Positions 36,650-50,532 of a DNA stretch of 64,000 nucleotides are shown here, piece by piece. The notes beneath the pieces are model-generated. The model was not told the origin of the DNA, did not search any database, and saw only the letters and a list, made by a program, of their open reading frames with translations. The number at the start of each line of letters is the position of its first letter. The stretch's first letter is position 1. Origin of the DNA: Hypanus sabinus (lineage: Eukaryota); NCBI RefSeq assembly GCF_030144855.1, contig NC_082723.1:35526001-35590000 (forward strand), in the 5' to 3' direction. The translations under genes and the position numbers were made by a program.

Positions 36650-37545
36650 ATGAAACAGTGTAGTACAGTACTGGTCCTTCAGCCCATAATGTTGTGCTGA
36701 CCTTTTAACCAACTGCAAGATCAATCTAACCCTCCCTCCCACATAGCCTTCCATTTTTCTTTTATCCATGTGCTTTTCTAAGGGTTTCTTAAATGTTCCT
36801 AATGTATCTGCCTCTACCACCAACTGTGGCACAGTGTTCCTTGCATTTACCACTCTGTTTAAAAAAAAACTTGCCACTGATATCCCCCCCTATACTTTTC
36901 TGCAATCCCCTTAAAATTATGCCTTCTCATGTTAGCCATTGCCACCCAGGGAAAAAGGATCTGACTGTCCACTCTATTAAGCTTCTTATCATCTTATACA
37001 CCTTTATCAAGTCACTTCTCATCCTCCTTCACTCCAAAGAGAAAAGCCCAAGCTCGCACAGCCTTTACTCCTAAGACATGCTCTCTAATCCAGGCAGCAT
37101 CTTGGTAAATCTCCTCTGCATCTTCTCTAAACCTTCCACATCCTTCCTACTTTGAAACAACCAGAACTGAACACAATATTCCAAGCGTGATCTAACCGGA
37201 GTTTTATAGAGCTACAACATTATCTTGTGGCTCTTGAACTCAATCTCCCCCACAGCCCATCCAGTACGCCATACACTTTCTTAAACAACTTGCACAGCAA
37301 CTTTGAGGGACCTATGGATGTGGACTCCCTAGATCCCTCTGTTCCTCTACACTGCTATGAATCCTGCTATTAGCCTTGTATTCTGCCTTCGAGTTAGACT
37401 TTCCAAAGTGTATCACTTCACCCTTCACTGCATTGAACTCCATCTGTCACTTCTGAGCCCAGCCCTGTATCCTAACAATGTCCCCATTGTAACCTAGAGC
37501 AACCTTCCACACTTTTCACACCACCACCAACCTTCCTGTAAACTC
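36650..37545 (-). mobile_element. CR1 3' fragment
   Basis: FFLNRVVNA.N.VP..VVEADTLGTFKK. Confidence 0.85.
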
Positions 37546-37855
37546 AATGTGAAGACATTGATTCTGCTTCATACTTGTGAGAAATCCCTCTTAAAAGTTT
37601 TTTTTTACATGCACCCTGTATTTGAATATAGCCAGCATGCGTCTGTAAAATACTGTGGGATATTTAAATGTCTTAAAGCTGTTAGTATTGGAGCAGTCAG
37701 TGAGCTTTCTAGAGAATAACATGCAACTTTAAAGAAGCTGAACCTTTTTTGAATATATAGCAATATATGATTTACCTCAATGTGGTACAGCAGAGATGAT
37801 AGAATTATGTTTTTAATGTTGTTTGCTGAATTTCTCTGTTTTTTTTCTCCTTTAG

Positions 37856-37945
37856 GCTACAGGAGTAGACCAATTAGTTGGAATGGGACTAGTGGGATTC
37901 AGCTTGGTAGTTTTCACATATTACACCATTTGGGTCATTGTGTTG
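37856..37945 (+). CDS. DPM2: DPM2 coding exon 2: [30 protein letters not shown]
   Basis: Polypyrimidine tract plus TTTAG acceptor, GTGAGT donor, 90 nt; FTYYT.WV motif of DPM2 TM1. Confidence 0.97.
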
Positions 37946-38633
37946 GTGAGTACCGATTACAAATGCTCTGTTGTATTCACTTAAGTAACTTTGCTTAGTG
38001 CTTAAGTTACTGATTCAATAATCAAAAGACATGTATTCATCTTCAGTTTTCTCAGGATATGGATGTTACTTACCCACATCTATTTATTGCACTTCTGAAC
38101 CTGTTTAGGAACTAGATCACAAGCAGAGTCTGGTGTGTTAGTGCAACAGGAGTCACATGAATAGATACGATGGCAAGTTTTTTTTCCCTGGTGGCATCTT
38201 TTTTGGGGTTTCTGCAGTAATCCAACATGCTCATGGATAATTTACTGAAATAACATTACATAATGACCTAATTGTTTGTTGTAAAATAAACATTGAGGTA
38301 AAAAGAATATTTTGTCTACTTTTCACATCCTTAGGACCTCCAGAATGTTCTACAATTATTTCTCAAGTGGAAAAACAATTGGAATTTAAGGAAGCAAAAC
38401 AAAATAGAAATTGCAATATAGTGATTTTGATGGTTGTCTAAAAATAATATTTAGGAAGTAGGAGAGTTTTTCTGGTCTTATTTATGTAGTAATATTAGTC
38501 ATTTGGGGCTTCAGCCTAATAATTTTAAGTTTGTTGAGCTTGTTTCTCTCACTAATCATGGATCTTCTCAAGACGTATTTCATATTTTATCTTACTTTAA
38601 ACCAGCTGATCAACGTAATTCTTATGTTTGCAG

Positions 38634-38736
38634 CCATTTGTGGATAGTAGACATATTCTTCACAGCTACTTCTTACCACGGGAATATGCGGTGATCTTGC
38701 CGGCGGTCGCTGGTCTGCTCCTGGTTTTATTAGTGG
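38634..38736 (+). CDS. DPM2: DPM2 coding exon 3: [34 protein letters not shown](G)
   Basis: TTTGCAG acceptor, G|GTAAGT donor, 103 nt; PF.D..H..H.YFLPR.YA motif. Confidence 0.97.
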
Positions 38737-39224
38737 GTAAGTGCTCTGATGTTTCTCGGTTATTGCTTGGTAATTGCTTCAATGTCATTTCTATCAATAA
38801 TGTATTACTTAGCTCCTTTAGTTAGCTAATGCTAACTACACTTCAAAGTATTGCATTGAGATTTAAAGAAAAGATTTGATAGGTAATATGTAAATCTGGT
38901 GGATTCTTTCAGTATCTACTGGATATTTGGGATAACTTGCCATTTGAAAAAATGATACAGAAAAGCAGAAGGAATTAAAGGTCAAAAGCAATGAGAGATT
39001 GTGGAGTTAGACTTAAAAAAGCTGAATCAACTAATGCTCTTTTTAAAAAAATAACGTTGATGTTTGCATAATGGAAGCGTTTAAAAATGATGGTGAGGTT
39101 CGATAGGATTTACCAGAGGTTCACCAGGATGATAGTAGGCTTTACCAAAGAAGTTTACTAGGGTGATAGGATTTACCCAAGATTTTACTAGAGTATAGGG
39201 TTTACCAGCCTGTTGGCTGAGTTA

Positions 39225-39630
39225 GAGTGCACTTGCTATAAGAGGAAGTTGGGACAAATTTGGGTTGTTTTCTCTGGAGCAGCAGAGGCCGAGGGTATAT
39301 CTGATAAAGGCTTATAAAATTATGAGAGGCATTGACAAGAGTAGACAGACAATCATTTTCGCAGGTTGAACTGTCTAATACTAGAGGGTATCCATTCAAG
39401 GTGAGGGGTTAATTTCAAAAGGAGATGTATAGGGCCAGTTTTTTCACACAGAGTGGTGGATTCCTGGGGTGGTGGTGGAGGTACATATGACAGGTGTTCG
39501 AGGGGGACTTAGGCATATGAATGTGCAGGGAGTGGAAGGTTATAGACAATGTATAGGCAGAAGCATTTGATGACTAATTAGTTCAGCACAATTGTGGGCC
39601 ACAGGGCCTGTTCTGTGTTACACTGTATGC
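39225..39630 (+). mobile_element. CR1 3' fragment
   Basis: GGGTTGTTTTCTCTGGAGC...TATAAAATTATGAGAGGCAT...TTTTTCACACAGAGTGGTG. Confidence 0.8.
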
Positions 39631-40073
39631 TCCAGGGTCAGTTGAGAAAAGATCGATGTATCCTATCAAACCCATCTTCAATCCATCCTCAAACTTTAGT
39701 TTTAGTAGAAGACTGATTCAAAATAATTATTTTCAATCTCTGCAGCATTTCTCTATTTTCCCATTGTTAGTCATCATCTAAAGAATAATATTTTAACTAT
39801 TTTTATATACTTTTTTCTTTTTCTGTGAGTTACACTCATATTCTATCTTACTTTATTTTTTAGTCATTCTTTGCTGTTTTCAAAACATTTTTCCGTCCTC
39901 TAGCCTACCACTAATTTTGAAACATTGTAAACCTTTTCTTTTAATTTGATACATTTGTCCTTGCAGGAAATTACATTTTGCAGTTCATGAAAAATCTCTT
40001 TAAATATCTATCATTGCAGATCAATGCTCTTCATTTGATTTTCCCAATCGGCTTTAATCCTTATGTCAATGTA

Positions 40074-40590
40074 CACTCAGTGGCCACCTTATTAGGTACA
40101 TCTGCTTGTTAATGCAAACAACTAATCAGCCAATCATGTGGTAGCTACTCAATGAATAAAACCATGCAGACATGGTCAAGAGGCTCGGTTGTTGGTCAGA
40201 CTGAACATCAGTATGCGCAAGCAATGTGGTCTAAGTGACATTGACCAAGATATGATTGTTAGAGCCAGAAGGGGTGGTTTGAGTATCTCAGAAACTGCTG
40301 ATCTCCTGGGATTTTCATGCATGACCATCTCTAGACTTCACAAAGAATGGTGCAAAAATCAAAACGAAAACATCTGGTGAATGGCAGTTCTGTGGGCGAA
40401 AACACCTTGTTAATTGGAGAGTACAGACAAGAATAGCCAGACTGGTTCAAGCTGACAGGAACGTGACAGTAACTCAAATAACCACACATTACAACAGTGG
40501 TGTACAGAAGAATATTTCTGAATGCACAACACATCAATCCGTGAAGTAGATGGGCTACGGCAGCAGCAGACCATGAACAAACACTCAGTA
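40074..40590 (+). mobile_element. Tc1-like deleted transposon (transposase N-terminal HTH remnant)
   Basis: TA|CACTCAGTGGCCACCTTATTAGGTAC terminus; LSD...MIVRARRGGLSISETADLLGFS..TISR. Confidence 0.85.
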
Positions 40591-40729
40591 TAATTTTCTC
40601 TTATTTAAGTTTCAGATACTGCTTTCAAACTTGGGGGTTTTTCACCCTCCAACTGAAGTTGATGTTCTATGGTCCTCTGATCACTCCTTTCAGGGTCAGT
40701 CTTTATTATGAGATCATCAGTCATCATCA

Positions 40730-40912
40730 CAAGGGATTCTGCCGATGCTATAAGTCTTAAGCAACACACACACAATGCTGGAAGAACTCAACAAGTGAAC
40801 CAGCATCTGTGGAGGGAAATAAACAGTCGATGTTTTGGCCTGAAACGCCAACTTTTTATTCCCCTCCAAAGACGCTGCCTGATTTGCTGAATTCCTCCAG
40901 TATTTTGTGTGT
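40730..40912. mobile_element. Two Penelope terminal-repeat remnants in opposite orientation
   Basis: Minus arm AATGCTGGAAGAACTCAACAAG..CAGCATCT; plus arm GCTGCCTGATTTGCTGAATTCCTCCAGTATTTTGTGTGTG. Confidence 0.7.
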
Positions 40913-41128
40913 GGTGATCATCAGTCAGATATCTGCCTTCTATAATTTTTTTTTAAATTCTGATATCGATCTTGGAGAGCAATTCCAGACCCCTGGTGTA
41001 TTTAAACTCTCGGAATTGCAGTTTCCACTTTTTTTTAAAGTGCATGGATCCATTGCTCTGAATAGCATGTTTCTATGTATTAATTGTGAACTTTAAGTGA
41101 TAGTGTCCTTTTTTTCTTTTCATTCCAG

Positions 41129-41187
41129 GAACATTTATTGCTGTAGTAATGTGGAAAAACAGAAAGCCTACAAAGAAAACAGATTAA
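41129..41187 (+). CDS. DPM2: DPM2 coding exon 4: (G)TFIAVVMWKNRKPTKKTD*
   Basis: Long pyrimidine tract plus CCAG acceptor; total CDS 3+90+103+59 = 255 nt = 84 aa; C-terminal KKxx ER-retrieval motif. Confidence 0.95.
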
Positions 41188-41290
41188 ACAGAACTCAAAT
41201 AAGAACTGCAAGATTACTTCATTGTGAGTTTGTGCAGATGAAAACAGCAGAATAACAACAGAGGATTACAGATAGACGGCAGATTTATAG

Positions 41291-41296
41291 AATAAA
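41291..41296 (+). terminator. Candidate DPM2 polyadenylation signal
   Basis: First AATAAA after the stop codon (~100 nt downstream); usage not verifiable from sequence. Confidence 0.5.
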
Positions 41297-42049
41297 CTTC
41301 TGCTTCACCGATAGTTGTGAGAAGCTGTCACATACTGTTTTTCTTCTCTATTTGCTGTATTATCTTAATACCTGACTCTAGTCTGCAGTGATATTCTTCC
41401 ACTTTCGGTTATGGACATCTGTATTTGCTGGTATTAGAGCGTACATGCTCCTATAAAACAGAAACATTTTTTTCAGTCAATAAGGCATATCTGTAATCAA
41501 AAAAGCTTGTTTTCTGAATTTGAGTACAACTTGGACTTGTGCATGTGCTTGTTGAAGGCAAATCTAAAATACTGCTAGACAGGAAAAGTATTTTCTGGAG
41601 AGGATTGTTCCTATTAAGAAAACTTGACTAGCTCCAACTACTGCAAAGCTCAGGAAGTACCAGTTTAAGAGTTTTAATTCATGAGTTTAAGCCTGCACCA
41701 ATTCATAACGTCATATGTCCATGTTTCCTCTCGTAACATGACTATAACTAAGGTCTTGGCAGTGTACTGCAAGCAAGTGTGCAATGAAGAAGCATGGCAA
41801 ACAAGCTTGAAGTATTTTAGAGAGTAATGTTGTAGTTACAATTAACTCACAAGGAAATTAATGCTACATGTGTTGAACAGCAAACTGCAAATTGTGTAAT
41901 CCCTAAACCTGAGCTGTGGGGTAAAGGGAGAAAGACTACTATGCATTCCTGGATATTTTGGAAATTTACTTGAAGCATCCATTTCTTGCAGTATATATAT
42001 TTTTTAAAAGTCCCGTTTGTAATTAATTTAAGAAATCCAGTGGACATTA

Positions 42050-43089
42050 CAGTCAGCCCTCCTTATCTGTGAATTCAACCAACCATGAATCGTGAAAACC
42101 CAGAAGTGCTCTTCTAGCNNNNNNNNNNNNNNNNNNNNNNNNNNNNNNNNNNNNNNNNNNNNNNNNNNNNNNNNNNNNNNNNNNNNNNNNNNNNNNNNNN
42201 NNNNNNNNNNNNNNNNNNNNNNNNNNNNNNNNNNNNNNNNNNNNNNNNNNNNNNNNNNNNNNNNNNNNNNNNNNNNNAGTCAGTAGGTGCAGGAGTAGGC
42301 CATTCGGTCCTTCTAGCCAGCACCGCCATTCACTGTGATCATGGCTGATCATACATAATCAGTATCCTGTTCCTGCCCTCTCCCTATATCCCTTGACCCC
42401 GCTATCTATAAGAGCGGTATCATGGATCGGGATTGAAAAAAATCTGGAGTTCTCTTACTAAGTAAGTCAGAACAGGTATATCCAGTATTTTTTAGCGTTA
42501 GTTAGTCAAACGTTTGCATTCGTATAAAATATATATTTTACCTTTCTGTGCATATAAAACACTTAAGAACGTATGTTCCAGCGCTGGGCTCAGGAAGATC
42601 CCGAGTTCGATCTAGTGACAGATGGCTATCGAGTGTACTCTCCACCATACTGGATTGGTGTGGAGGATCAAAAACCCAAAACCCAATAATTAAACCACTG
42701 AGTTGCTTAGTAAAAATTGTAGCTTTCATCGGGGCACAACTTTTCTCACTTTATCCTTTAAAATTGTTCCGATGGTTGACCGACGTAGCCTAACGTTTTT
42801 CCAATGACCGATGGCGTTTCACCTCTTTCCAGTCGCTTTATTATTTCCACTTTATTTTCAATCGTTGTCATGATTATTTTTGTAAACAGAAACACTACGG
42901 ATTCAGAGCTCTACCGTCGGGTCCTAATGTCCACCGCACAGAGACAGGTTACATAGGGTCTGGGGTTCCGCTGGGTCCTAAGGTCCACCGCATTGAGACA
43001 GGTTGAATTAAGGGGTTTGAGCATCCGTAAATTTTGGTATCCGTGAGGGGTCCCGGAACCAATCCCTCGCGGATAAGGAGGGCCGACTG
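42050..43089. mobile_element. Tigger/MER2-like non-autonomous DNA transposon spanning the gap, with a CR1 3' end inserted (~42278-42413, minus)
   Basis: TA|CAGTCAGCCCTCCTTATC ... GATAAGGAGGGCCGACTG TIRs; internal direct repeat GGGTCCTAA.GTCCACCGCA..GAGACAGGTT x2. Confidence 0.82.
42119..42277. other. Assembly gap (159 N)
   Basis: Run of N. Confidence 1.
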
Positions 43090-43167
43090 TGTTCTTAAAT
43101 CTGACGTTTCGGTTTCTTGGAGTTTCATGTAAGACAGTGGTGAGATTTTCAGAAAATTATTTCTCAA

Positions 43168-43520
43168 GATGTAGGTGTTGCTGACAAGGTCAGTATTTAT
43201 TACCTATCCCAGGTTGCCCTTGAAAAGGTATCAGATTGCTGCCTTCAACACAATAATTTATGTGGTTGTGGTTCTCTACTGTTACAGCCAGGTGGAGAGT
43301 TCCGGGATCTTGTTTGGGGTGGTAGTGAATATCCAAGCTGCAGTGGTGTGACCTGTGATGTTTTCTGGTACTGCTGTTGTTCCTGGATGTTTAAGTGATG
43401 AAGGCTCCAGGTTTCAATATGCTGCTGAAGAAGCCTTGACAAATGATTGCATTGGATCCTGAGGATGGTCCATACCTTATTCAGAATGGGCCAGTATTGC
43501 GGAGAATGACCGAGCTGCTG
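43168..43520 (-). mobile_element. Old L2-clade tail fragment
   Basis: GATGTAGGTGTTGCTGACAAGGTCAGTATTTATTACCTATCCCAGGTTGCCCTTGAAAAGGT. Confidence 0.6.
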
Positions 43521-46500
43521 GTCAAGCATGGTGTCTATCCCTGCTGTGTTAGGAAGTAAAATCAGAACCTGACTTTGCACTTGCAGGTCTTCCACAATGA
43601 CCGGGTGAAATGGTAATTAGATTGTAAAGTAATCAGGAGTATAACCAGTCACTTGCAGTTTTAAGGACAACTTGAATTGTGGGAGAGTAATGCTGAAAAT
43701 TATTATTTTTTTCTTAATAATAAGTACATTTTGTATCATAAATTATGCACAGGAAAAGATACACAGGAATCCTATTGCTACATTTAAATCTATTTGCATA
43801 TGGCCTTTTACAGTACATAGTAAAGGGCATAATTCTACTTGCAGCTCGTTTTATATTTTATGATACATATAAAGAGCAATAAAATAATTTCAAAGTGAAG
43901 GATAAGGATGTTTGTTGTAAAATTAGAATTTTTTGATGCTGGATCATGAGTAAAGATTCACTGAGATATCTAAATTTTTAACAGAAAGCAAAGTGTTTGC
44001 AATCTGTTCTGGTTTTTCCTCTGCCTAAAATATTAGGTTATATTTTAATTTGCACCATAGTAAATTTTTTTGTTGAAGTAGAATAACAACATCACTTCAT
44101 CCAGATAAAATAGAAACTCGCATGATCCAGCCTTCATGTGAAAAGTATAGAAAAGGCCTTGTTTCAGTTTACTCACACTTACTGTCTTGCCTCTTCTGTT
44201 TCTTCAATGACTGTATTGTTGCTATTTCCATACGTCATTGCTTTTACTAAGGTTTTCCACCCGCCTTTCATTTTTGCACAGTCCATCTCTGATTCTTCCC
44301 ATTCTGGATCTTTCTGTCTAAATCTCAGCGGATAAGTTTGCAACAAGCATCCATTACATCTCTCGCATCAGTGTGGTTTATTTTTCTGTATGCTCTGCGT
44401 TGTACAGCTTTCATGCTCTTTGCTTTGTGATTACTCTCACTAACTACCCTCATTTCACAACTATCAAGTTTTTCTTTGTTCATGTTATTTTCTTCATTAA
44501 CTCATTAGGTAAATTATTTCTTCAACCAGTTATCCCCTTAGCAAACCAGACTTCACACAGTGATATTTCCTTTGCATTATCTATCTTGACCCCACTACCC
44601 ATGGAGCTTAAATATAATTTGTTTTCTTTGTTTCCTAGTTTCAACAAAAGTTCTTTAATGCAAAAGTTGACTCTTTTTTCGCAGATGCTGCCTGACCAGA
44701 TGAGCATTTCCAGCAGATGAGGGATAGCAAAGCCACCTCAAGGCACTTCAAAAAATAAAGATAACACTCAGACATACATTTTAGGCAGATATAACAAGAA
44801 GCTTAAACAAGTAGCTGAGTTTTAAGGAATTCAATAAAGAATGTAATAAAGATGCACAGATTTAGGAAGAGAAGTCTAAAGCTAAAAACCCTTGCAGCTG
44901 ATAGCATTAGGTGAATTATGTCAATTGAATTAAGAAATTAAATGAATTAAGAAATGCATTATTTCAATAAATGAGCTCTATAAAGTGAAGTGATTAAATT
45001 CAGGGCTGCCACAACTGGAGAAGTGAATATATCTTAAATGTCTAAATGGCTGAGGATATTACACAGTTGAAAGAGGGAGCCCAACACATGGGATAGTTGA
45101 AAGTTAGGATGATTTTGCTTTCATGTTTCCCTGCATTGTCAATAAAGACATGCAGCAGAGATTTGAATAAGTTATAGAGAGCGTGACTAAAGCATGCAAG
45201 GATTTTGTTGGAATAGGCAACTCTGGAGGTTTTAACAGGATATATGAGGGTTTTGACAGCAGATGAACTGAGGTAATATAAAGGAAATGAAAATAGATGT
45301 CTTAGTGATGAACTTTTTAAAAATCAGAAGATGTTGTTAAGCAGCTGAGGCTCAGAATGTTTTTTTTTAATTCAGCACATTTTCTTCTCTTTATCCCTCT
45401 ACCTATCCCTCCTGCCTGGCAGGGGTTGACCTGATTGGCCTGGCACATCTTCAAAAAAAACTTTAATTCCCTTAATCTTATTATTCTTTCATGAGGTGCT
45501 TTTCAGCGATACCTTAGCCTATAGATCTTTGCCCCTCCTCAAAAGGATTATACCTTGGAAAGGCTTTTGGTGGCAATCTGGAATAACAACAGGAACTAGA
45601 AGAGGCCAATTCAAACCCTCAGCATGTTTGAAAAGGGGTTTTCAAATCTCAAATTCATATTTTGTGCAGAATTGGTTCTTCACTTAACTCAAAGATTGGA
45701 TTCTGATTTTTAGTACATTCTTTTTATTTCAGTTCTCCAAACAACAAACCTTTTTTCCTATCCTCATGAGTATCTTCTTTAACATGAAAACTTGATCTGG
45801 TAACCCTTTATTTCCAAAATCAATTTTGCTAACACAGCTATGGGAGTCCTGGTATCAATTTCCCAAAACCAATTGATCTAATTAACTTAGATTTCCAGAT
45901 CTGAACTTAACACCCTGGTGTGGCTTTGAAAGGACTTTAGAAAGTCTGAGCATAATTTCCATTTTAGTCTCATATACTAGATACAAGAACTAGTATTCCA
46001 TCAGCTTTCTTGATTTTGTTACACTAGATGACATTTTAGTAATGATCTCTGGGTCCAGGCTCTTTGTTTTTTATCTCCATTGTTTTGAGCTTTTCATCAT
46101 TTAGAATATACCTCATTTATCAAAACCAATGGTTCACTTATCTAACAGCCTCCTTTCCCTCCCTTTACCTGTAATCACCACACTCCAACTTCTTCATTGA
46201 TGTCGACATTGAATAGAGTGATCCAAGCCCCAAGTTGGTGAGTGCTTAGTGAGGCTGTGTCGTACCCCATCCGCTGCGGGCTTACTGACTGTGAGCTTTG
46301 TGGCAACTTACCTCTGTGATAGACTGAGACTTTGGGCCCACTCTGGCTGCTCTCAACTTTGGGCTTATGGAGTCAATTTTTTCTGAATGCTGACACTTGC
46401 TTTATTGTTCACATGATTTGATTTGATTTTTTTCTTTTTCTCACTCTGCACATTGGGTGTTAGTCTTTTCTTAAAATGGATTCTTTCAGGTTCCTTGTTT

Positions 46501-49500
46501 TGTGGTTGCCTGTTAAACAGAAGAATCTTGTATAATTTATACATTGATAATAAAATGTACTTTGAACGTTTTTTTTGTTTTATGTGTTTCTGAATCATTA
46601 CGTAATGTAGCCCCACTTACAGTTATTCACATGTCAGTATGGTGTTTCTCATGTCTTTTTGATGCAGTCATATCTTAGAGCAGCAACTCAGCTACTCCTT
46701 GCGTCAGCTTTTAAAATATTTGTTTTAATTTATTTTCTCCCTGGAAATTGGCTGAGTATCATTGAAAACCGCTACATGTTTACTGTAATTGTGGAAACTG
46801 TTAATACCTGTTGTGGTTGAAGCTGTTTTATTTACTTCAGTTATAGCAAGCTGCAGCTGGCCTGGTTAAAATCTGTATGTTGTGGAAATTTATAATTAGA
46901 AACATTAGAGTCAATTATAGCTTTAGTTTTGTTGTTCCATCAGAGAGTGGGTTTGCAACAAAGTTTTCTGATTAATGAGCTAAGTGACAAGAGCTCATGT
47001 GGGACAATGGAAATATCTTATTAGAGTCAATAACGTGGATAACTTATATTAATGGCTAAACTACATGTGAGAGGTTACTGTGCACAAGCTTTGTCTGAAT
47101 GCAATTGTACCAGAACTGAAGGGTTTTAATTAATAGGAATGGTTAAACAGGCTCTTTCTTCTGGTAAACAGAGGTAGTTTAAGGATAATGTGATAAGGGT
47201 TTTGATTATGTAAGTGTGATAAACACTACCTTACTATATTTTAATTCTATTTTTCTACTACTTATTTAATTTTACTATTTAATATATATTTACAGTAATT
47301 TATGGTTTTTTCCATATTATGTATTGCATTGTACTGTTGTTGCAAAGACAGCAAATTTCATGACATATGCTGATGATATTAAACCTGATTCTGACTCTGA
47401 GGTCGTTATATAGGGGAGACCAAAATGAGTGCACATAGGGTTAAGATATTCAGGGATTTATTTAATTATCCATAGAATGGTGGAAATTCTGGACTTGCTA
47501 AAAAGCCCTAACAATATCTTGGTGTAACTAGCAAAAAAGCCAGTAGTGAAAGACTAGACAGGTGTGACAGGGAGAAAGCAATAGAGGAACATGTCAGTAA
47601 TGATTTAAGAGATGGCAGGAAAATGGTGTGGATGTTATACATCAGCTTAGAACATTTGAATTGAATTGGTTGCTGTAATTTTCTCCGTCAAATTGACTGA
47701 AGCCATCTTACTCTGGCAGCTCAGTGGCATGGCTCTAATTTTGCACTTAGATATCATGAAATGTCTTTACATCTTCCAGTACAGTTAATAAGATGTTTCT
47801 TAAGCCTTTTTCTTCCAGTGACTTTTCTAGCCATGGCTGCAAAAAGTTTCTACATCAGCATTTAATTCCTTATTAATATGAATTTCAGCAAATATTACTA
47901 TTCCTCTGTCATAGATACTGGGCTTGATAGAAGTTTGGACTGCGCAGAGTTTTTAAATTATAAATTAAATCTCAAGATTTGTCATGTTTGGCATTGATCC
48001 TTGTTTAACACCAGCTTGTTTACTCCAAACACCCATCACCAAAAGATGATTCCATCTATGATGAAGTCACTTGGGAGTGAAAGGTAATCCCCAGGTCTGT
48101 ATAATAATTCTCAGGCTGGCAACAGTTAGTAAGGGCAGCATCTATTTTAGTGCTACCTATGAAAATGTTGACTGCCTTATTTTTGAATGATTGCAGTTTT
48201 GTAATGATGCTCCAATAATGACTTTGGGTAGGGAATGCCAAGGTGAAAAACTTGGTGAAAAACTCCAGGATGATGTGAGATTTAGAAGGATTTTGAAGGA
48301 TGGTAGTGTTCCTATGCAGTGCCACATTGGTCTTCCAGGTAATTGATGTTTGAGGTTTGGGTATTACAATATCCTGAAGAAACCATTGATTTCCATAGAT
48401 GCTGCCTCACCTATGTATTTACAATGTTTATGTTGTAGTTTGATTCAAATAGTTTTTTTTGAATTTGTTCAGGAAAGGACATAATAAGCAAATGGTGCAG
48501 GGAGTAAGTAATTTTCCACCTACCTAAACCTTCAGAAACAATTTACCAAAAGGCATGCATATTTCTGCCGTTATTTATTGCATTGATGTTCTGGTTGCGG
48601 CCTCCTTTGTGTTGGTAAAACTGGACATGTTACTTTTGCTTTGTCCATTGTGGCCATCTGGATCTCCCAGTTGCCAACTATTTAAGTTCTCCACACTCAC
48701 ATACAAAGATTCACACACTGATTAAATTCGATCTCCACTCTCTCCACATCCCATTGTTGACCACCCTGCATGTTTTCATTTCGAAGGATCCTGTGGGAAA
48801 TTGTCTGAAGGATGAAGAGAAATTCAAAGAAGGAATTACTAATTTTACCAAAAGTTTAACTTCCTCATTTTTAGTGTTATGCTGTGATGAAAATGTAAGG
48901 AGTTTTGAGTAGGAAATATGTTTTAAATTATTGTCAGTTCTAAAATACATAGGACTATATATGGTATACTTAAATGGAATACTATCTTTCAAAGTACTTA
49001 CGTCATCACCTAGCAACCTTATGAAGTATTAATATTTAATACTATTGCTGATATTACTGTGCCTTAGCTTTGCCAAAACATGCACATGCAAACAATCAGA
49101 ATAAAAACACATTTCACATGCTTGTTGACAACGAGGAAGAAGAAGGGCTCTTTCTGAAGAATGGTGAACCGATGAAGCAGGTTCCCTTGCTGTCGTTAAA
49201 GAGACTATTATGCTCTGTGACTGAAAGGAGTCACAGTTTTTTGCATTGGATAACAGACTTCCACTCTGACAATGCATCTGAGAGCATCGTGATGAAAAGC
49301 AATTAAGTAAGGGGTCAGAATTTCTGCTGTGGTCAACAGGATGAGGACCAATGTTACCACAGCAACCAGAAATTAACTGAGCAAATGAAGACTTTCGGGT
49401 GTAACCGGTGACAGCAAAAGCAAGTGGAGAGATGGTCTTGCATTTATTGAGAGGTTTGGATATACATTCTCTTTCACATGGCATTGTGATACAATTAAAA

Positions 49501-50145
49501 AACTTGTCTTCAACATTACACCAAAAATTAGATGTTCAAAATATAAAATTCTGAATAGCCCATTAGGTCATAATGGACTTGTTATTGCTGTTTGTATTAT
49601 CTAGATTGTATTGTCAGATTTCACCAATAGATTACATTCCACCACAATTTTTAACTTCATGGTTTGGTATATCCCTTAATGCCACTAATTCCATTGGGAT
49701 AGGGGCTAACCTTGTTTTAATACACGTAGAACAGCACACTAGGAACAGGCATAAACAAAAATCAAGTGCTAGCCTGGTTTAACGATAATACTGGATCATG
49801 TGCCAAACAGCAGATGTAGTATGTAATAGAGTAGAAATCAAGCATCACATTAAAACTATAGTCTTGCCTTCTTCGTTTATGAATAATAGTGGACAATTAA
49901 AACAACTAACAGAAGGAGAGGGCTTTAAAAATTGTTATCCTCATCATCAATAATGGCAGAGCTTGGCATGAGCAAAAAAAAACCTACAGTCTTTCTACCA
50001 TCTTCAAAATGTTTTGTTAATGTGATGGAAAATTATATACTTGCCTAGGTAAGTGCAATCAGAGAGTAACTGTAGTTAGCTGTATTTTATTTTTCATTAA
50101 AATTTGCAGAGTGATTTAGGCCCTGCTTCTCTAAACAGGACCTTT

Positions 50146-50532
50146 AGAAGGATGAGGGGATATCTCATTGAAACCTTTCAAATGTTGAAAGGCCTAGACA
50201 GAGTAGATGTGGAAAGGATGTTTCCCTTGGTTGGTTAGTCTAGGACAAGAGGGCACAGCCTCAGGATAGAAGGGCATCCATTTAAAACAGATGTGGAGAA
50301 ATTTCTTTAGCCAGAGGGTGGTGAGTTTGTGGAATTTATTACCACAGGCAGCTGTGGAGGCCAGGTCATTGGGTGTATTTAAGGCAGAGATTGATAGGTT
50401 CTTCATTGGACATGGCATCAAAGGTTATGGGAAGAAGGCCGGGGAATGGGGTTGAGGAGGGGAAAAAAGGATCAGCCATGATTGAATGGTTGAGCAGATT
50501 TGCTCTAATTCTGCTCCTATGTCTTATGGTCT
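50146..50532 (+). mobile_element. CR1 3' end, well preserved
   Basis: AATTTCTTTAGCCAGAGGGTGGTGAGTTTGTGGAATT...CTAATTCTGCTCCTATGTCTTATGGTCTT. Confidence 0.9.

Noticed and set aside
42053-42352. ORFs containing X runs
   Set aside because: Artefacts of the N gap
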